Source: an uncultured Gemmatimonadaceae bacterium (GTDB lineage: Bacteria; Gemmatimonadota; Gemmatimonadetes; Gemmatimonadales; Gemmatimonadaceae). From it: 64,000 bases of DNA. The position numbers and the translations under genes are program-made. Shown one piece after another: positions 30,217-41,852 of this stretch; position 1 is the first letter of the stretch; each line of letters starts with the position of its first letter. The stretch covers positions 384,001-448,000 of the forward strand of contig CAVVTZ010000009.1 of NCBI GenBank assembly GCA_963751275.1, read 5' to 3'. Below the pieces are notes generated by a model that saw nothing but the letters and a program-made list of their open reading frames with translations, did no database searches and had not been told where the DNA came from.

Positions 30217-31536
30217 ATGACTTTGTTCCGTCGTTCCATCTTCGTATTCGCGCTCCTGCTCGCAGGGACGGCTTCCGCCCAGACGCCGGCTCCTCTCGCG
30301 ACGCTGCCCGCCCCGCCCGCGGCGGCATCCGGCGCGTCGGGCTCCATCGACGTCGCGGCGACGACGCGCGCCTATCTCGACGTCCTCACGCCGGAGCAGA
30401 AGGCGAAGTCGGACGCGTATTTCGAGGGCGGCTATTGGCTCATCCTTTGGAACTTCCTCTGGGTGTCCGCGATCTACCTGCTGCTCCTGCAGACCGGGAT
30501 GTCGGCGAAAATGCGCGACCGGGCGGAGCGGATGACCCGCTTCAAGCCCGTGCAGACGTTGATCCACGGTTTCCAGTTCCTCGTGGTGCTCACCGTGCTC
30601 GAGTTGCCCATCAACTTCTACGAGAACTACGTGCGCGAGCACGCGTACGGGATGTCGAACCTCACGGCGCCCGCCTGGTTCGGCGAGGAAGCGAAAGGGT
30701 TCGTGATCTCGCTCGTGCTGGGCGGCATCGCGCTCATGGGACTCTACGGCATCGTGCGCCGCATCCCGCGCACCTGGTGGGTCTGGGGGAGCATCGCCGC
30801 GATCGCCTTCTCGGCGTTCATTGCCGTGATCGCGCCGGTGGCGATCTCACCGGTGTTCAACCACCCCACGCGCCTCGCCGACCAGCGGGTGGTGCAGCCG
30901 ATTCTCTCCCTGGCGCGCGCGAACGGGATCGACGCGAAAGAAGTCTGGCAGATCGACGCCTCGAAGCAGACGAAGCGCATGAGCGCGAACGTGAGCGGCC
31001 TGCTCGGCACCGAGCGGATCACACTCAATGACAATCTCCTGGCGCGCGCGTCACTCCCCGAGATCGAGGCCGTGATGGGTCACGAGATGGGGCACTACGT
31101 GCTCAACCACGTCTACAAAGGATTGATGGAGATCGGGATCATCCTCGTGATCGGCTTCGCGCTCGTGAACCTCTTCTTCGAGCGGCTGCGCGTGCGCTAC
31201 GAGGCGAAGTGGCAGGTGCGCGGCATCGGGGACCTCGCGGGGCTGCCGCTGGTGGCGCTCCTCTTCGGCGCCTACTTCTTCCTGATGACGCCGGTGCTCA
31301 ACTCGGTGATCCGCACGCAGGAATACGAGGCCGACATATTCGGCCTGAACGCCTCGCGTCAGCCCGACGGCTTCGCGCAGGCCGCGCTCCACCTGAGTGA
31401 GTATCGCAAGATGGAGCCGGGGCCGATCGAGGAAATGCTCTTCTACGACCACCCGAGCGGGCGGACGAGGATCTACAGTGCGATGCGATGGAAGGCGGAA
31501 CATCCGGAGACGTGGGAGGCCCCAACGGCGAGGTAG
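30217..31536 (+). CDS. M48 family (Ste24-like) membrane metallopeptidase
   Basis: Multiple TM helices; NANV-like SANVSG, HEMGH, EYEAD and YDHPS motifs. Confidence 0.92.
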   Translation: MTLFRRSIFVFALLLAGTASAQTPAPLATLPAPPAAASGASGSIDVAATTRAYLDVLTPEQKAKSDAYFEGGYWLILWNFLWVSAIYLLLLQTGMSAKMRDRAERMTRFKPVQTLIHGFQFLVVLTVLELPINFYENYVREHAYGMSNLTAPAWFGEEAKGFVISLVLGGIALMGLYGIVRRIPRTWWVWGSIAAIAFSAFIAVIAPVAISPVFNHPTRLADQRVVQPILSLARANGIDAKEVWQIDASKQTKRMSANVSGLLGTERITLNDNLLARASLPEIEAVMGHEMGHYVLNHVYKGLMEIGIILVIGFALVNLFFERLRVRYEAKWQVRGIGDLAGLPLVALLFGAYFFLMTPVLNSVIRTQEYEADIFGLNASRQPDGFAQAALHLSEYRKMEPGPIEEMLFYDHPSGRTRIYSAMRWKAEHPETWEAPTAR

Positions 31537-31543
31537 CGCGTTG

Positions 31544-31703
31544 AACCGCTGACGGCGAGTGTGACGACGCTGAAGGCGCCTGTGACGTGTGAGACGTGTA
31601 GCAACGGCCGCGGCGTGGGTAGTTGCCACACGTCTCACACGTCACAGTCGCCCCCAGCGGTGTCAGACTCGCCGTCAGCGTCGTCACACTCGCCGTCAGC
31701 GGT
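31544..31703. repeat. Palindromic element downstream of the M48 gene (copy B)
   Basis: Perfect 29-bp outer stem accgctgacggcgagtgtgacgacgctga / tcagcgtcgtcacactcgccgtcagcggt; 21-bp periodicity in the right arm. Confidence 0.88.
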
Positions 31704-31717
31704 GCGAGGCCCGACCT

Positions 31718-33005
<1,288 letters not shown>

Positions 33006-33015
33006 GGGAACCTCG

Positions 33016-34325
33016 TCAGGAGACTTTGCGGGTCTTGCGGCGCAGGAAGTCCATCAGGATGAACTGGCCGAGCGTCATGGTGTTCGTGAAGTAGGCCTTG
33101 CCGCGGCGATCTCGGAGACGCGCTTGACGAAGTCCACGAGCGCGCGGTCGCGCGCCAGCATGAAGGTGTTGATCATGATGCCGGCTGCGCCGGCAGGCGG
33201 CCACCTCGCGCAGCGTTGGCCATCACGATCGGCGTCGAGCCCCATCGAGTTCTTGTAGATCCGGCCGTTCGGCATGCGTCAGCGCGGACGGCTTGCCGTC
33301 GGTGATCATGACGATCTGCCGCATGTCCTTCCTCTGCGCGAGCAGGATCCGGCGCGCGAGCTTGAGCCCTTCGGCGGTGTTGGTGTGGTAGGGCCCGACC
33401 TGCGCGTGCGCGAGCTGCGCGAGCGGGATCTCCTCGGCCGAGTCGTGGAAGAGCACCACGCGCAGCGTGTCGCCCGGGAACTGGGTGCGGATCAGGTGGG
33501 TGAGGGCGAGCGCCACCTTCTTGGCCGGGGTGAAGCGGTCCTCGCCGTAGAGGATCATCGAGTGCGAGCAGTCGAGCATGAGCACCGTGGCGCGCGCTCG
33601 AGCGGTACTCGGCCTGGTGCACCATCAGGTCGCCGTACTCGAGGTCGAGCGGCACGCCGAGCGGCCCGTCGCGCTCGAGCGCGTGCAGCAGCGTGGCGAT
33701 GACGTCGAGGTTCATCGTGTCGCCGAACTCGTACGGCTTGCTCGCCGCATCGGCCTCGACGCCGGTCGCGAGGTACGGCGTGTCGTGGCTCCCGAAGCTC
33801 GACTTGCCCGAGCGAGCCGAGCAGGACGCGCAGCGTCGCGGTAGCCGAGGAAGTCGATGCCCTTCTCGGTGAGGCTGAACTGCACGTCCTGCTGCGCGGC
33901 GTGCGCGAGCCCGGCCGTCGGTGCCGGTCGACCTGCTCCTGGCCGGCGGGCATCTGCGGCGGCGCCTGCACGGTCTGAGGTAGCCTTCGTCCACGAGGCG
34001 CTGGATGATGGTCGTCGAGCAGCTTCGGCGAGCTGCGCTGCAGCTGCGTCTCGGCCGCGTCGCCCGTGTCTCGCCGCGCAGCGCCTCGAGCATCTCCGGC
34101 GTGAGCATGCCCGCACTCCATGAGCGCCTGCAGGATGGCCTCGCGCAGCGCCTCCATCGACCGGTCGCCTCGCCTCCTCGCCGGGATCGCCCCACGGGCT
34201 GGTCGGCCGGCGCCGCCGGCGAAGCCCGACTGGAGCAGGAAGTCGGCGAGCTGGTCGAGCAGCGCCTGGAGGTCGACCGCGTCGGCCTGCGCGGGGGAGA
34301 ACTTCTTGTAGCGGTGCTCGCGCAC
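33016..34325 (-). CDS. VWA domain-containing protein (multiple frameshifts)
   Basis: [34 protein letters not shown]. Confidence 0.8.
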
Positions 34326-34327
34326 GC

Positions 34328-35791
34328 TCAGAACTCCGAGGGCGGCCGCCGGCGCTCGGGCGCCGCGGCGCGGCCGTACCGCCCCGATTCGGAGCGCGAG
34401 ATCTTCCGGCGCGCGACGAGCGCCTCGAGCGCGAGCTCGCACGCCGCCGCGACGGTGGGCGCATCGCCGTCGTCCGCGAGGCCGGCCTCGGCGATCAGGT
34501 CGATCAGCCCCGGCACGCGCGCGAAGCCCTCCACCATCGCGCCCGACGACACGTCGTCCATCACCTGCAGCATGTTGCCGGTGTCGAACCACATCACGAT
34601 GTCGTCGGTGTTCTTGCCGCCGGCGCTCTCCTGGAACGTGGCATCCGACGCGCGGCGGATCAGCTCCTGCGCGATCACGTGCCCGCCCACCAGCTCGCCC
34701 TCGTACTCGAGCTCGATCTTCCCGGTGATCGCCGGCAGCGCCGCGTACACATCCGACACGCGCGGCACCACGTCGCATTCGCCCGTGAGCGCCGCGCGGC
34801 GCTCGGCGTTCGAGATCGCGTTCTCCAGCACCGAGATCGGCATGCGCTGCGACACGCCGGAACGCTTGTCGATGCGCTTGTCGATCGCGCGCCTCGAACG
34901 CGACTGCGCTCGACGATCTCCGCGCATGAAGGCCGGCACGCGCACCGGCAGCGCGCCGCGCTGCGTCCACGCCTCCTGCGCCGTGATCGCGACGCCCAGC
35001 TGCCACGTCCGCCGGGTAGTGCGTGCGGATCTCCGCAGCCGATCCGGTCCTTGAGCGGGGTGATGATCTTGCCGCGCGCCGTGTAGTCCTCGGGATTCGC
35101 GGTGAAGACAGAGCAGCACGTCGAGCGGCAGCCGCACCGGATAGCCTTTGATCTGGACGTCGCCTTCCTGCATGATGTTGAACAGGCCCACCTGGATCTT
35201 GCCGGCGAGGTCGGGCAGCTCGTTGATGCGCGAAGATGCCGCGGTTGGCGCGCGGCAGCAGGCCGTAGTGCATCGTCAGCTCGTCGGCCAGGTTATGGCC
35301 GCCGCGCGCCGCCTTGATCGGATCGATGTCGCCGATGATGTCCGCGATCGTGACGTCGGGGGTCGCGAGCTTCTCGACGTAGCGCTGGTCGCGGCGCGAT
35401 CCACGCGATGGGCGTGTCGTCGCCCTCGCGCGGCGATGCAGCGTCGCGGCAGACTTCGCAGATCGGCGCGAACGGGTTGTCGTTGATCTCGCAGCCCGGC
35501 GACGATCGGGATCTGCTCGTCGAGCAGCGTCGGCGAGCGCGCGCAGGATGCGCGACTTCGCCTGGCCGCGCAGGCCGAGCAGAATGAAGTTGTGCCGCGA
35601 CAGCATCGCGTTCACGATCTGCGGGATCACGGAGTCGTCGTACCCGATGACGCCGGGGAAGACCGGTCCGCCCTTCGCGAGCCGGATGAGCAGGTTCGCG
35701 CGACTTCGTCGCGCACGGAGCGCGCGGCGAGTTGCGGGGCGGCGAAGGGGGAGCGCTTGAGCGCGCCGAGGGTGGTGGGGAGAGGGGCCAC
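34328..35791 (-). CDS. AAA+ ATPase, magnesium-chelatase-like (multiple frameshifts)
   Basis: GLRGQAKS Walker [43 protein letters not shown]. Confidence 0.85.
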
Positions 35792-35976
35792 GGAAAGCTC
35801 CGGTACGGTGGGGCGGGGGAGATTCAGATTACCTCTCTGACACTGCGGCGCGCTAGAGTGCTGCCGACTGCGCGTGTGGTCGTTGACGTGTGGCGAGGGC
35901 GGTGGCCCGCATTGACAGCGCCCGCGCGGCCGCGGAACGTAGTCTCCGCGCGAGCCCCCTTCCCCGCAGGGATGCC

Positions 35977-36471
35977 ATGGACGACACCGCCCTTTACGTC
36001 ACGTCGGCCCACGAGATCGGCTGGGGGCTGTTGCTCGTCGCCCTCTCGCTCGGGATGCATGCGATCGGGATGATCACCACGCTCCGATCGCACGCCAGTT
36101 ACAAGGACCGGTTCGACCGGAACCCGACGCTCCTGCGCGGCATGATCGGCCTGATCCTCGCGAGCTGGATGATCCTGGCCGTGCACCTCTCCGAGGTGCT
36201 CGTGTGGGCAGCGTTCTTCCAGTGGAAGGAGTGCTTCCCGAACCTGAGCATCGCGATCTACTTCGCGCTTGACGAGTACACCACCGTGGGCAGTCCGCTC
36301 GATCTGCCGAGCAATTGGCGCCTGTTGGAGGGGATGATCGCGACCGCGGGGCTGCTGGGGTTCGCGTGGAGCACGGGGGTGCTGTTCTCGCTGGCGTCGA
36401 CGTTCCAGGAGAATCAATTGAAGCGCCTGACGGCGCGGCACGCGAAGAAGTCTTCCCCTGGGTCCGAGTAG
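35977..36471 (+). CDS. Small ion-channel-like protein (2TM pore-loop fold)
   Basis: HLSEVLVWA, IYFALDEYTTVG, WRLLEGMIATAGLLGFAWST, resembling Ion_trans_2 proteins. Confidence 0.75.
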   Translation: MDDTALYVTSAHEIGWGLLLVALSLGMHAIGMITTLRSHASYKDRFDRNPTLLRGMIGLILASWMILAVHLSEVLVWAAFFQWKECFPNLSIAIYFALDEYTTVGSPLDLPSNWRLLEGMIATAGLLGFAWSTGVLFSLASTFQENQLKRLTARHAKKSSPGSE

Positions 36472-36485
36472 TCTCACTTCATCGC

Positions 36486-36611
36486 GGGGCCGGTCGCGGC
36501 GCCGCCCTCGTGCTCGCCGCCTTGACGCGCTTACACGCGTCGAGCTTCGCGGCTGGACTGCGCCGCGAATCTCTCGCTACGCGCGACGGCGGCTGCGCCT
36601 CGGACGGCCCC
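36486..36611 (+). repeat. Multi-stem structured element, copy 1 (3' of the channel gene)
   Basis: Closing stem ggggccg...cggcccc encloses internal hairpins; 39-nt core shared with 36820-36858 in inverted orientation. Confidence 0.7.
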
Positions 36612-36782
36612 GCTCCCTGACGTCGATCACGAATGCTCCGGCGGTCAGCGCGCGTGAGCGTCTCGAGGCAGACGACCTCGCGGGCGCCCAGCGCAGAGAC
36701 AGATATCGGGCTTGCTCGCCTGGCCACATGATGCGCGCGAGAGGAGATCGGCCCGCCAGCGCACTGCCGTTCTCGATCCCCA

Positions 36783-36902
36783 GGCGGGCGGCGCGCTCCT
36801 GAGCGCGGCCTCGGCGAGAAGCGAGAGATTCGCGGCGCTGTTCAGCCGCGAAGCTCGAAGCGGTTCGAGCGTCGGCCGCTGCGAAGGAGCGCGCCGCCCG
36901 CC
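36783..36902 (-). repeat. Multi-stem structured element, copy 2 (3' of the Mo-oxidoreductase gene)
   Basis: Perfect 18-bp closing stem ggcgggcggcgcgctcct/aggagcgcgccgcccgcc plus internal hairpins. Confidence 0.75.
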
Positions 36903-36952
36903 GGACGCGCGCGATGCAGCGTGCGGTTTGCCTACTCGCCACTCGCCGCGGA

Positions 36953-39065
36953 TCAGTCGGCCAGCGAAACTTCCACGAGATTGTCGTAGAACACCGGACC
37001 GTGCCCGAGGTCCGTCTCCTGCTGCGACGTGGTTTGGTTCGCGTTCCGCCCGTCCACCGCGTACTTCCCCCACCAGAATGCTTGGCGCCCACACCGTGGC
37101 CGTGCGCACCGCGTCGGACACCTTCGCCGTCGCGAGGAACTCGCCGCGGTCGTTGTGCACGCGCACCCGCGCCCCCGTCGCGATCTCGCGCGGCGCGGCG
37201 TCGTCCGGATGGATCATCAGCTCCGGCTCGCGCGCGGCGCGGCGCAGCACGTCCACGTTCACGAACGTCGTGTTCAGGAACTGGTGCGCCGGCGAACTCA
37301 CGAGCGTGAGCGGGAAACGCCCCGCCAGCTCCGGCGCCGACTCGGGGAACTCGCGCGGCGCCGTGAAATCGGGCAGCGCGTCGAAGCCCAACTCCACCAT
37401 CCGTTCCGATCTGAACTCGCATTTCCCGCTCGGCGTGAGGAACTTCCCCTCCGCGAATGGGAGATACGGCCGCGGCACGTTCAGCCGCGCCCAGCCATGC
37501 TCGAGCAGCTTCTCGAACGTCACGCCCTTGAGCTTGTCCTTGCCGCTCGCGAGCGCCTGGCGAATGAGCGTCACGTCGTCGTCCTTCATCGCGGCGTGGG
37601 TGATGCCGAGCTTCGCCGCGATCAGCCGGAAGATCTCGCTATTCGGCTTGCTCTCGCCCACCGGCGCGATCGCGGGGCGGTTGAGCGTCACGTAGTGATG
37701 CCCGTATGAGAGATGCACGTCCCAGTGCTCGAGCTGCGTGGTCGCGGGGAGCACGATGTCGGCCCAGTCCGCGGTGTCGGTCTGGAAATGCTCGAGCACC
37801 ACCGTGAACAGGTCATCGCGCGCCAATCCGCGCAGCACCTCGTTGCGGTCGGGCGCGACGGCGGCCGGGTTCGAGTTGTACACGACGAGCGCCTTCACCG
37901 GCGGCCCGCCCACGCCGGCATCGGGCCGCGTGAGCGCCTCGCCCAGCTTGATCATGTTGATCGTGCGCACCGGCGGCGACAGCGCCGGCCGCTCGAGCGC
38001 CGCCTTGTCGAACTCGAAGTTCGCGCTCGAACTGAGCTGCACGCCGCCGCCCGCGCGCCGCCAATGCCCGGTGACGGCGGGCAAGCACGCGATGGTGCGC
38101 ACCGCCATGCCGCCGCCATAGTGGCGCTGCAATCCGTAATTCACGCGAATGAACGCCGCCTTCGCGCGCCCATAGCGCCGGCCGAGCGACACGATCGTCT
38201 CCACGTCGAGCCCGGTGATCGACGCCGCGCGCTCCGGCGTCCACTCCGCCGCGCGCGCGCGCATCTCCTCCGCGCCCAGCGTGTGCCGGGCCAGGAAGTC
38301 GTCGTCCTGCAGCCCCTCCGCGAACACGACGTGCATCATCGCGAGCGCGAGCGCCGCGTCGGTGCCCGGCCGGATGCCGATCCACGCGTCGCACTGCTCG
38401 GCGGTGCGCGTGCGCAACGGGTCGATCGCGATCACGAGCGCGCCCTGCTTTCGCGCTTCGAGCACGAACGGCCACAGGTGCGGATTGGCGGTGAGCGTGT
38501 TCGTTCCCCAGAGCAGCACCAGGTCGCTCGACGGGATCCCTTCGGGGTCCGCGCCAATGTTCGCGCCGACGGTCATCCGCATGCCCACGGTGCCGGCGAT
38601 GGAGCAGATCGTGCGGTCGAGCTTCGACGCGCCGAGCAGATGGAAGAAGCGGCGGTCCATGGAATTCCCCTGGACGATGCCCATCGTGCCGGCGTACGAG
38701 TACGGCAGGATCGCTTGCGCGCCATCCGCGGAGCGGATCACCGCGCCGAGCCGGGCCGCCACCGTGGTGAGCGCCTCGTCCCACGAGATGCGCTCGAACT
38801 TCCCTGAACCTTTGGGGCCGCTGCGCTTGAGCGGCGTCGTGAGGCGCTCGGCGTGATACGTGCGGTCGATGTACCGGTTCACTTTGGTGCAGAGGAATCC
38901 GGCGGTGAACGGGTGGTCCGGGTCGCCCGCGACCTTCACCGCCTTCCCGTGCTCGACCGTCACCAACATCGCGCACGTGTCCGGACAATCGTGCGGGCAC
39001 GCGGCGCGCACGATGCCGGTGTCGGGAGGCGGGCTGGTGGGATCGAGGGCGAGCGAGCTGGCCAT
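36953..39065 (-). CDS. Molybdopterin-dependent oxidoreductase, DMSO reductase family (frameshift near 37075)
   Basis: CPHDCPDTC...C Fe-S motif, ISWDEA, PGTDAAL, TDTADWADIVLPA; the C-terminus FYDNLVEVSLAD* is in a shifted frame. No Tat signal seen. Confidence 0.9.
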
Positions 39066-39281
39066 GACGTCCGGGCGTGGGCGCGAGGGAACCGGTCGGG
39101 ACCTCTTTCATAGTACCGACGCGGGCCGTCTCAAGCCACCCGGAATGCGTCTGCGAGGCCCTGCGGGGCCCGGAGCTTGCGTCGGGGCCGGCAATGACCG
39201 AAATTGCGTTGTTGCCCCGGCCCGCTTTTCGACGCGAGATCCGGAGCCACGTCGAAGCGCCGCAGCTGGTTGCGCGGTGTC

Positions 39282-39309
39282 TTGACAGCACTACCGGATG
39301 TCGTAGTAT
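39282..39309 (+). promoter_or_regulatory. Sigma-70-type promoter for the Met-rich lipoprotein gene
   Basis: TTGACA-16 nt-TAGTAT. Confidence 0.6.
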
Positions 39310-39396
39310 TCGACCCGATTACACTCCCGGCATTGCAGCGTGCGTGCTCGGAAGGCAGTACCAGGCTGGTTCCGCCCCCTCTCCAGGAGATGTCTC

Positions 39397-39651
39397 ATGA
39401 AGCGCGTTGCCGTTATCGCTGCGGTGTTGGCTGTTGCCGCCTGCAAAGGAAAGGAAGCTCCCTCCGTGGACTCCATCCCGAAGATGGCCCCCGCGGCCGC
39501 TGCGGCCGCCGACACGGCGATGAAGAAGATGGACACCGCCATGAAGATGGCTGACACCGCCATGAAGAAGATGGACACGGCGATGAAGAAGGGCTCGGAC
39601 GCCATGAAGAAGGCCGCTCCGACGCCGCCGCCCCCGGCGAAGAAGCCGTAA
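39397..39651 (+). CDS. Small Met/Lys-rich lipoprotein with DTAMKKM heptad repeats
   Basis: AGGAGA RBS, lipobox VAAC, four 21-bp repeats at 39511-39594, own promoter and terminator. Confidence 0.8.
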   Translation: MKRVAVIAAVLAVAACKGKEAPSVDSIPKMAPAAAAAADTAMKKMDTAMKMADTAMKKMDTAMKKGSDAMKKAAPTPPPPAKKP

Positions 39652-39668
39652 CGTCGGGTCGCACCGCA

Positions 39669-39709
39669 ATGCGAAGGGCGCAGCGTTCATCGCTGCGCCC
39701 TTTTCGCAT
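39669..39709. terminator. Intrinsic terminator between convergent genes
   Basis: aagggcgcagcg-ttcat-cgctgcgcccttttc. Confidence 0.75.
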
Positions 39710-39729
39710 CCTGGTCTCTCCAACGTCCG

Positions 39730-40749
39730 CTACGCCGCGTTGCGCCGCCGCGCGCGGTGCTCCTTCCACCACCGGAACGCCTCCGGCATCCCCGCTTCCG
39801 GCCGCACCGGCGGCGACCAGCCCAACTCCCGGCGCGCGCGCTCCGAGGTGAACGGATTGTCGCGGCTCATGAAATCGAGCGCGCTCAAGAGATCGCCCGC
39901 GAGCACCTCGCGCCCCGCGACGCGCAGACCGGCCGCCGCCGTGCGAAAGCTCGCGCGCGCGAGCGCCAGCGGCACCGGCAGCCGTGCCACGTGGCGCCCC
40001 AGCCCCAGTGCGGCGAGGCGCACGAACTCCGCCGCCGTCACGTCGTAGTCGTTCGCCAAATTGTACGCGCGGCCGCCGGCCGCATCGATGGCGACGGCGC
40101 GCACCGCGCCGTCCGCCACCGCCGCCGCGTGCACGATCGCCATCACGGCGCGCCCCCCGCCGAACACCGGGAAGTATCCGCGCCGCATGATCCGCGCGGC
40201 GCGCGGCACGAACTGCCGGTCGTAGCGTCCGTAGATCACATCGGGGCGCACGGTGCATCCCCAGATCCGCCCCGCCGCGTGCGCATTGAGCACGAGCAGG
40301 TCCGCCGCGCGCTTCGACCGCGCGTAGTGCGTCCCCTCGGTGAGCGGCGCGAGCGGCGTCTCCTCATCTGTGGGCGCGCTCCGGTACCGCGCGTCGCCGC
40401 CGTACACGGCCACACTGCTCACGTGCAGCAGCCGCGCGTGGCTCGACTCGGCGGCCGCGATCGCGTTGCGCGTGCCTTCGATGTTCGCCGCTTCGAACAG
40501 CGGCCAGCCGCCGTCCGAGGTGACGAGCGCCGCCGCGTGGAAGATCGCATCGCAACCGCCGGCGGCCGCCGCGAGACGCGCGCGGTCCATGATGTCGCCG
40601 CCCACGAGCGTCGCGCCCAGCGGCTCGAGCCAGCCCGCGGTCACCGGCGCGCGGACCAGCGCGCGCACATCCCAACCATCCGCGGCGAGACGCTCCACCA
40701 GATAGGCGCCCACCTGCCCGGTGGCGCCCGTGACCAGCGCGCGCTTCAC
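39730..40749 (-). CDS. NAD-dependent epimerase/dehydratase (extended SDR)
   Basis: ALVTGATGQVG, HAAA, NIEGT, HVSS and YARSK motifs. Confidence 0.88.
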   Translation of the reverse strand: MKRALVTGATGQVGAYLVERLAADGWDVRALVRAPVTAGWLEPLGATLVGGDIMDRARLAAAAGGCDAIFHAAALVTSDGGWPLFEAANIEGTRNAIAAAESSHARLLHVSSVAVYGGDARYRSAPTDEETPLAPLTEGTHYARSKRAADLLVLNAHAAGRIWGCTVRPDVIYGRYDRQFVPRAARIMRRGYFPVFGGGRAVMAIVHAAAVADGAVRAVAIDAAGGRAYNLANDYDVTAAEFVRLAALGLGRHVARLPVPLALARASFRTAAAGLRVAGREVLAGDLLSALDFMSRDNPFTSERARRELGWSPPVRPEAGMPEAFRWWKEHRARRRNAA

Positions 40750-41819
40750 TACAGCGGCAGCGGGAGCGCCGAGACCTTCGCGCTCACCTTCCCTCCATCC
40801 CATTGCAGCGTGACATCGGTGCCGGTCTCGACCTCGCGGCGGATCATGCCCATCGCCACCGCGCCGAGGCGCGGAGAGAGCGCACTGGACCGCACCTCGC
40901 CCACCTGCTCGCCGTTGGTCGCGAGCACCGCCGCGCCCTCGGGCGCCGGTTCCGACTTGCCGGCCATGAGGCCGCGCAGGTGCTTGTTCACGTGGCCGCG
41001 GAAATGCACGCGCGCCACCACCTCCTGTCCCACGTAGCAGCCCTTCGTGTAGGAGATCGCGTGCAGCGTGTCGAAATTCGCTTCCTGCGGGATCGTGCTC
41101 TCGTCCATGTCCACGCCCCATTCGGGACGGCCGGCCTCGATGCGCGCGATCTCCCACGCGTGCAGTCCCGCGGGCGTGGCGCCCAGGCCGAGCAGCTTCT
41201 GCCAGATCACCGAGAACCCATCGCTCGGGACGAACAGCTCGTACCCCTCGAGCTCGAGCTCGGGCGAGCGGATCACCATCACGATCTGACCGCCCACGTC
41301 GACCGACGTGTGCGCGTACACCGGCAGCGCCGCGAGCGCGTCCGGCGGCAGCGACACCAGCGAGGCGACGATCCGCCGCGACGTCGCACCGAACACGCCG
41401 ATCGCGCGCAGCGCGCCCGTCTCGTCCTTGCTCGGCGCCAACTGCGGGTTGATGAATTTCTTGATCATCGCCTGCCACCCCGCGTACGCGCGCGGCGGCG
41501 CATCCACCACCAGCGCGCCCTCGCGCGCGAAGATGCGCACGTCGGCGACGATCTTCCCCTTGGGCGTGAGCGCGGCCGCATACAGCCCCTGGCCCGGCAG
41601 CAGCGCGGCGACGTCGTTCGTGACGAGGCCCGTCACCAGCTCGGCGGCCTTCGGCCCCTCGAGGCGCATGCGGCCGCGCGCGCTGCGATCCACGAGCATC
41701 GCGCCCGAACGCAGCGCGTTGTACTCGGCGGCAATGTTGCCGTAGTGCAGCGTCACCGGGTGGCCCGCGACGGTGCCGAGGGCCGGGAAGCTGCCGGAGA
41801 GGATCGAACTGGCGGTCAT
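40749..41819 (-). CDS. ygfZ: YgfZ/GcvT family folate-binding protein
   Basis: KGCYVGQE signature; GLVTND, LTPKGK. Confidence 0.88.
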   Translation of the reverse strand: MTASSILSGSFPALGTVAGHPVTLHYGNIAAEYNALRSGAMLVDRSARGRMRLEGPKAAELVTGLVTNDVAALLPGQGLYAAALTPKGKIVADVRIFAREGALVVDAPPRAYAGWQAMIKKFINPQLAPSKDETGALRAIGVFGATSRRIVASLVSLPPDALAALPVYAHTSVDVGGQIVMVIRSPELELEGYELFVPSDGFSVIWQKLLGLGATPAGLHAWEIARIEAGRPEWGVDMDESTIPQEANFDTLHAISYTKGCYVGQEVVARVHFRGHVNKHLRGLMAGKSEPAPEGAAVLATNGEQVGEVRSSALSPRLGAVAMGMIRREVETGTDVTLQWDGGKVSAKVSALPLPL

Positions 41820-41852
41820 GTATCTAAAGTAGTGTCGCTCCGGGGCGGTGCG

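Noticed and set aside
30014..31703. Integron attC sites around the M48 gene
   Set aside because: No RYYYAAC/GTTRRRY core ends and no integrase in the window.
35912..35945. TTGACA...TAGTCT promoter for the channel gene
   Set aside because: The spacer is 22 nt, too long for a sigma-70 promoter.
36486..36902. tRNA genes
   Set aside because: Multi-stem, but about 120 nt long with a long closing stem, and no recognisable D-loop, 7-nt anticodon loop or CCA geometry.
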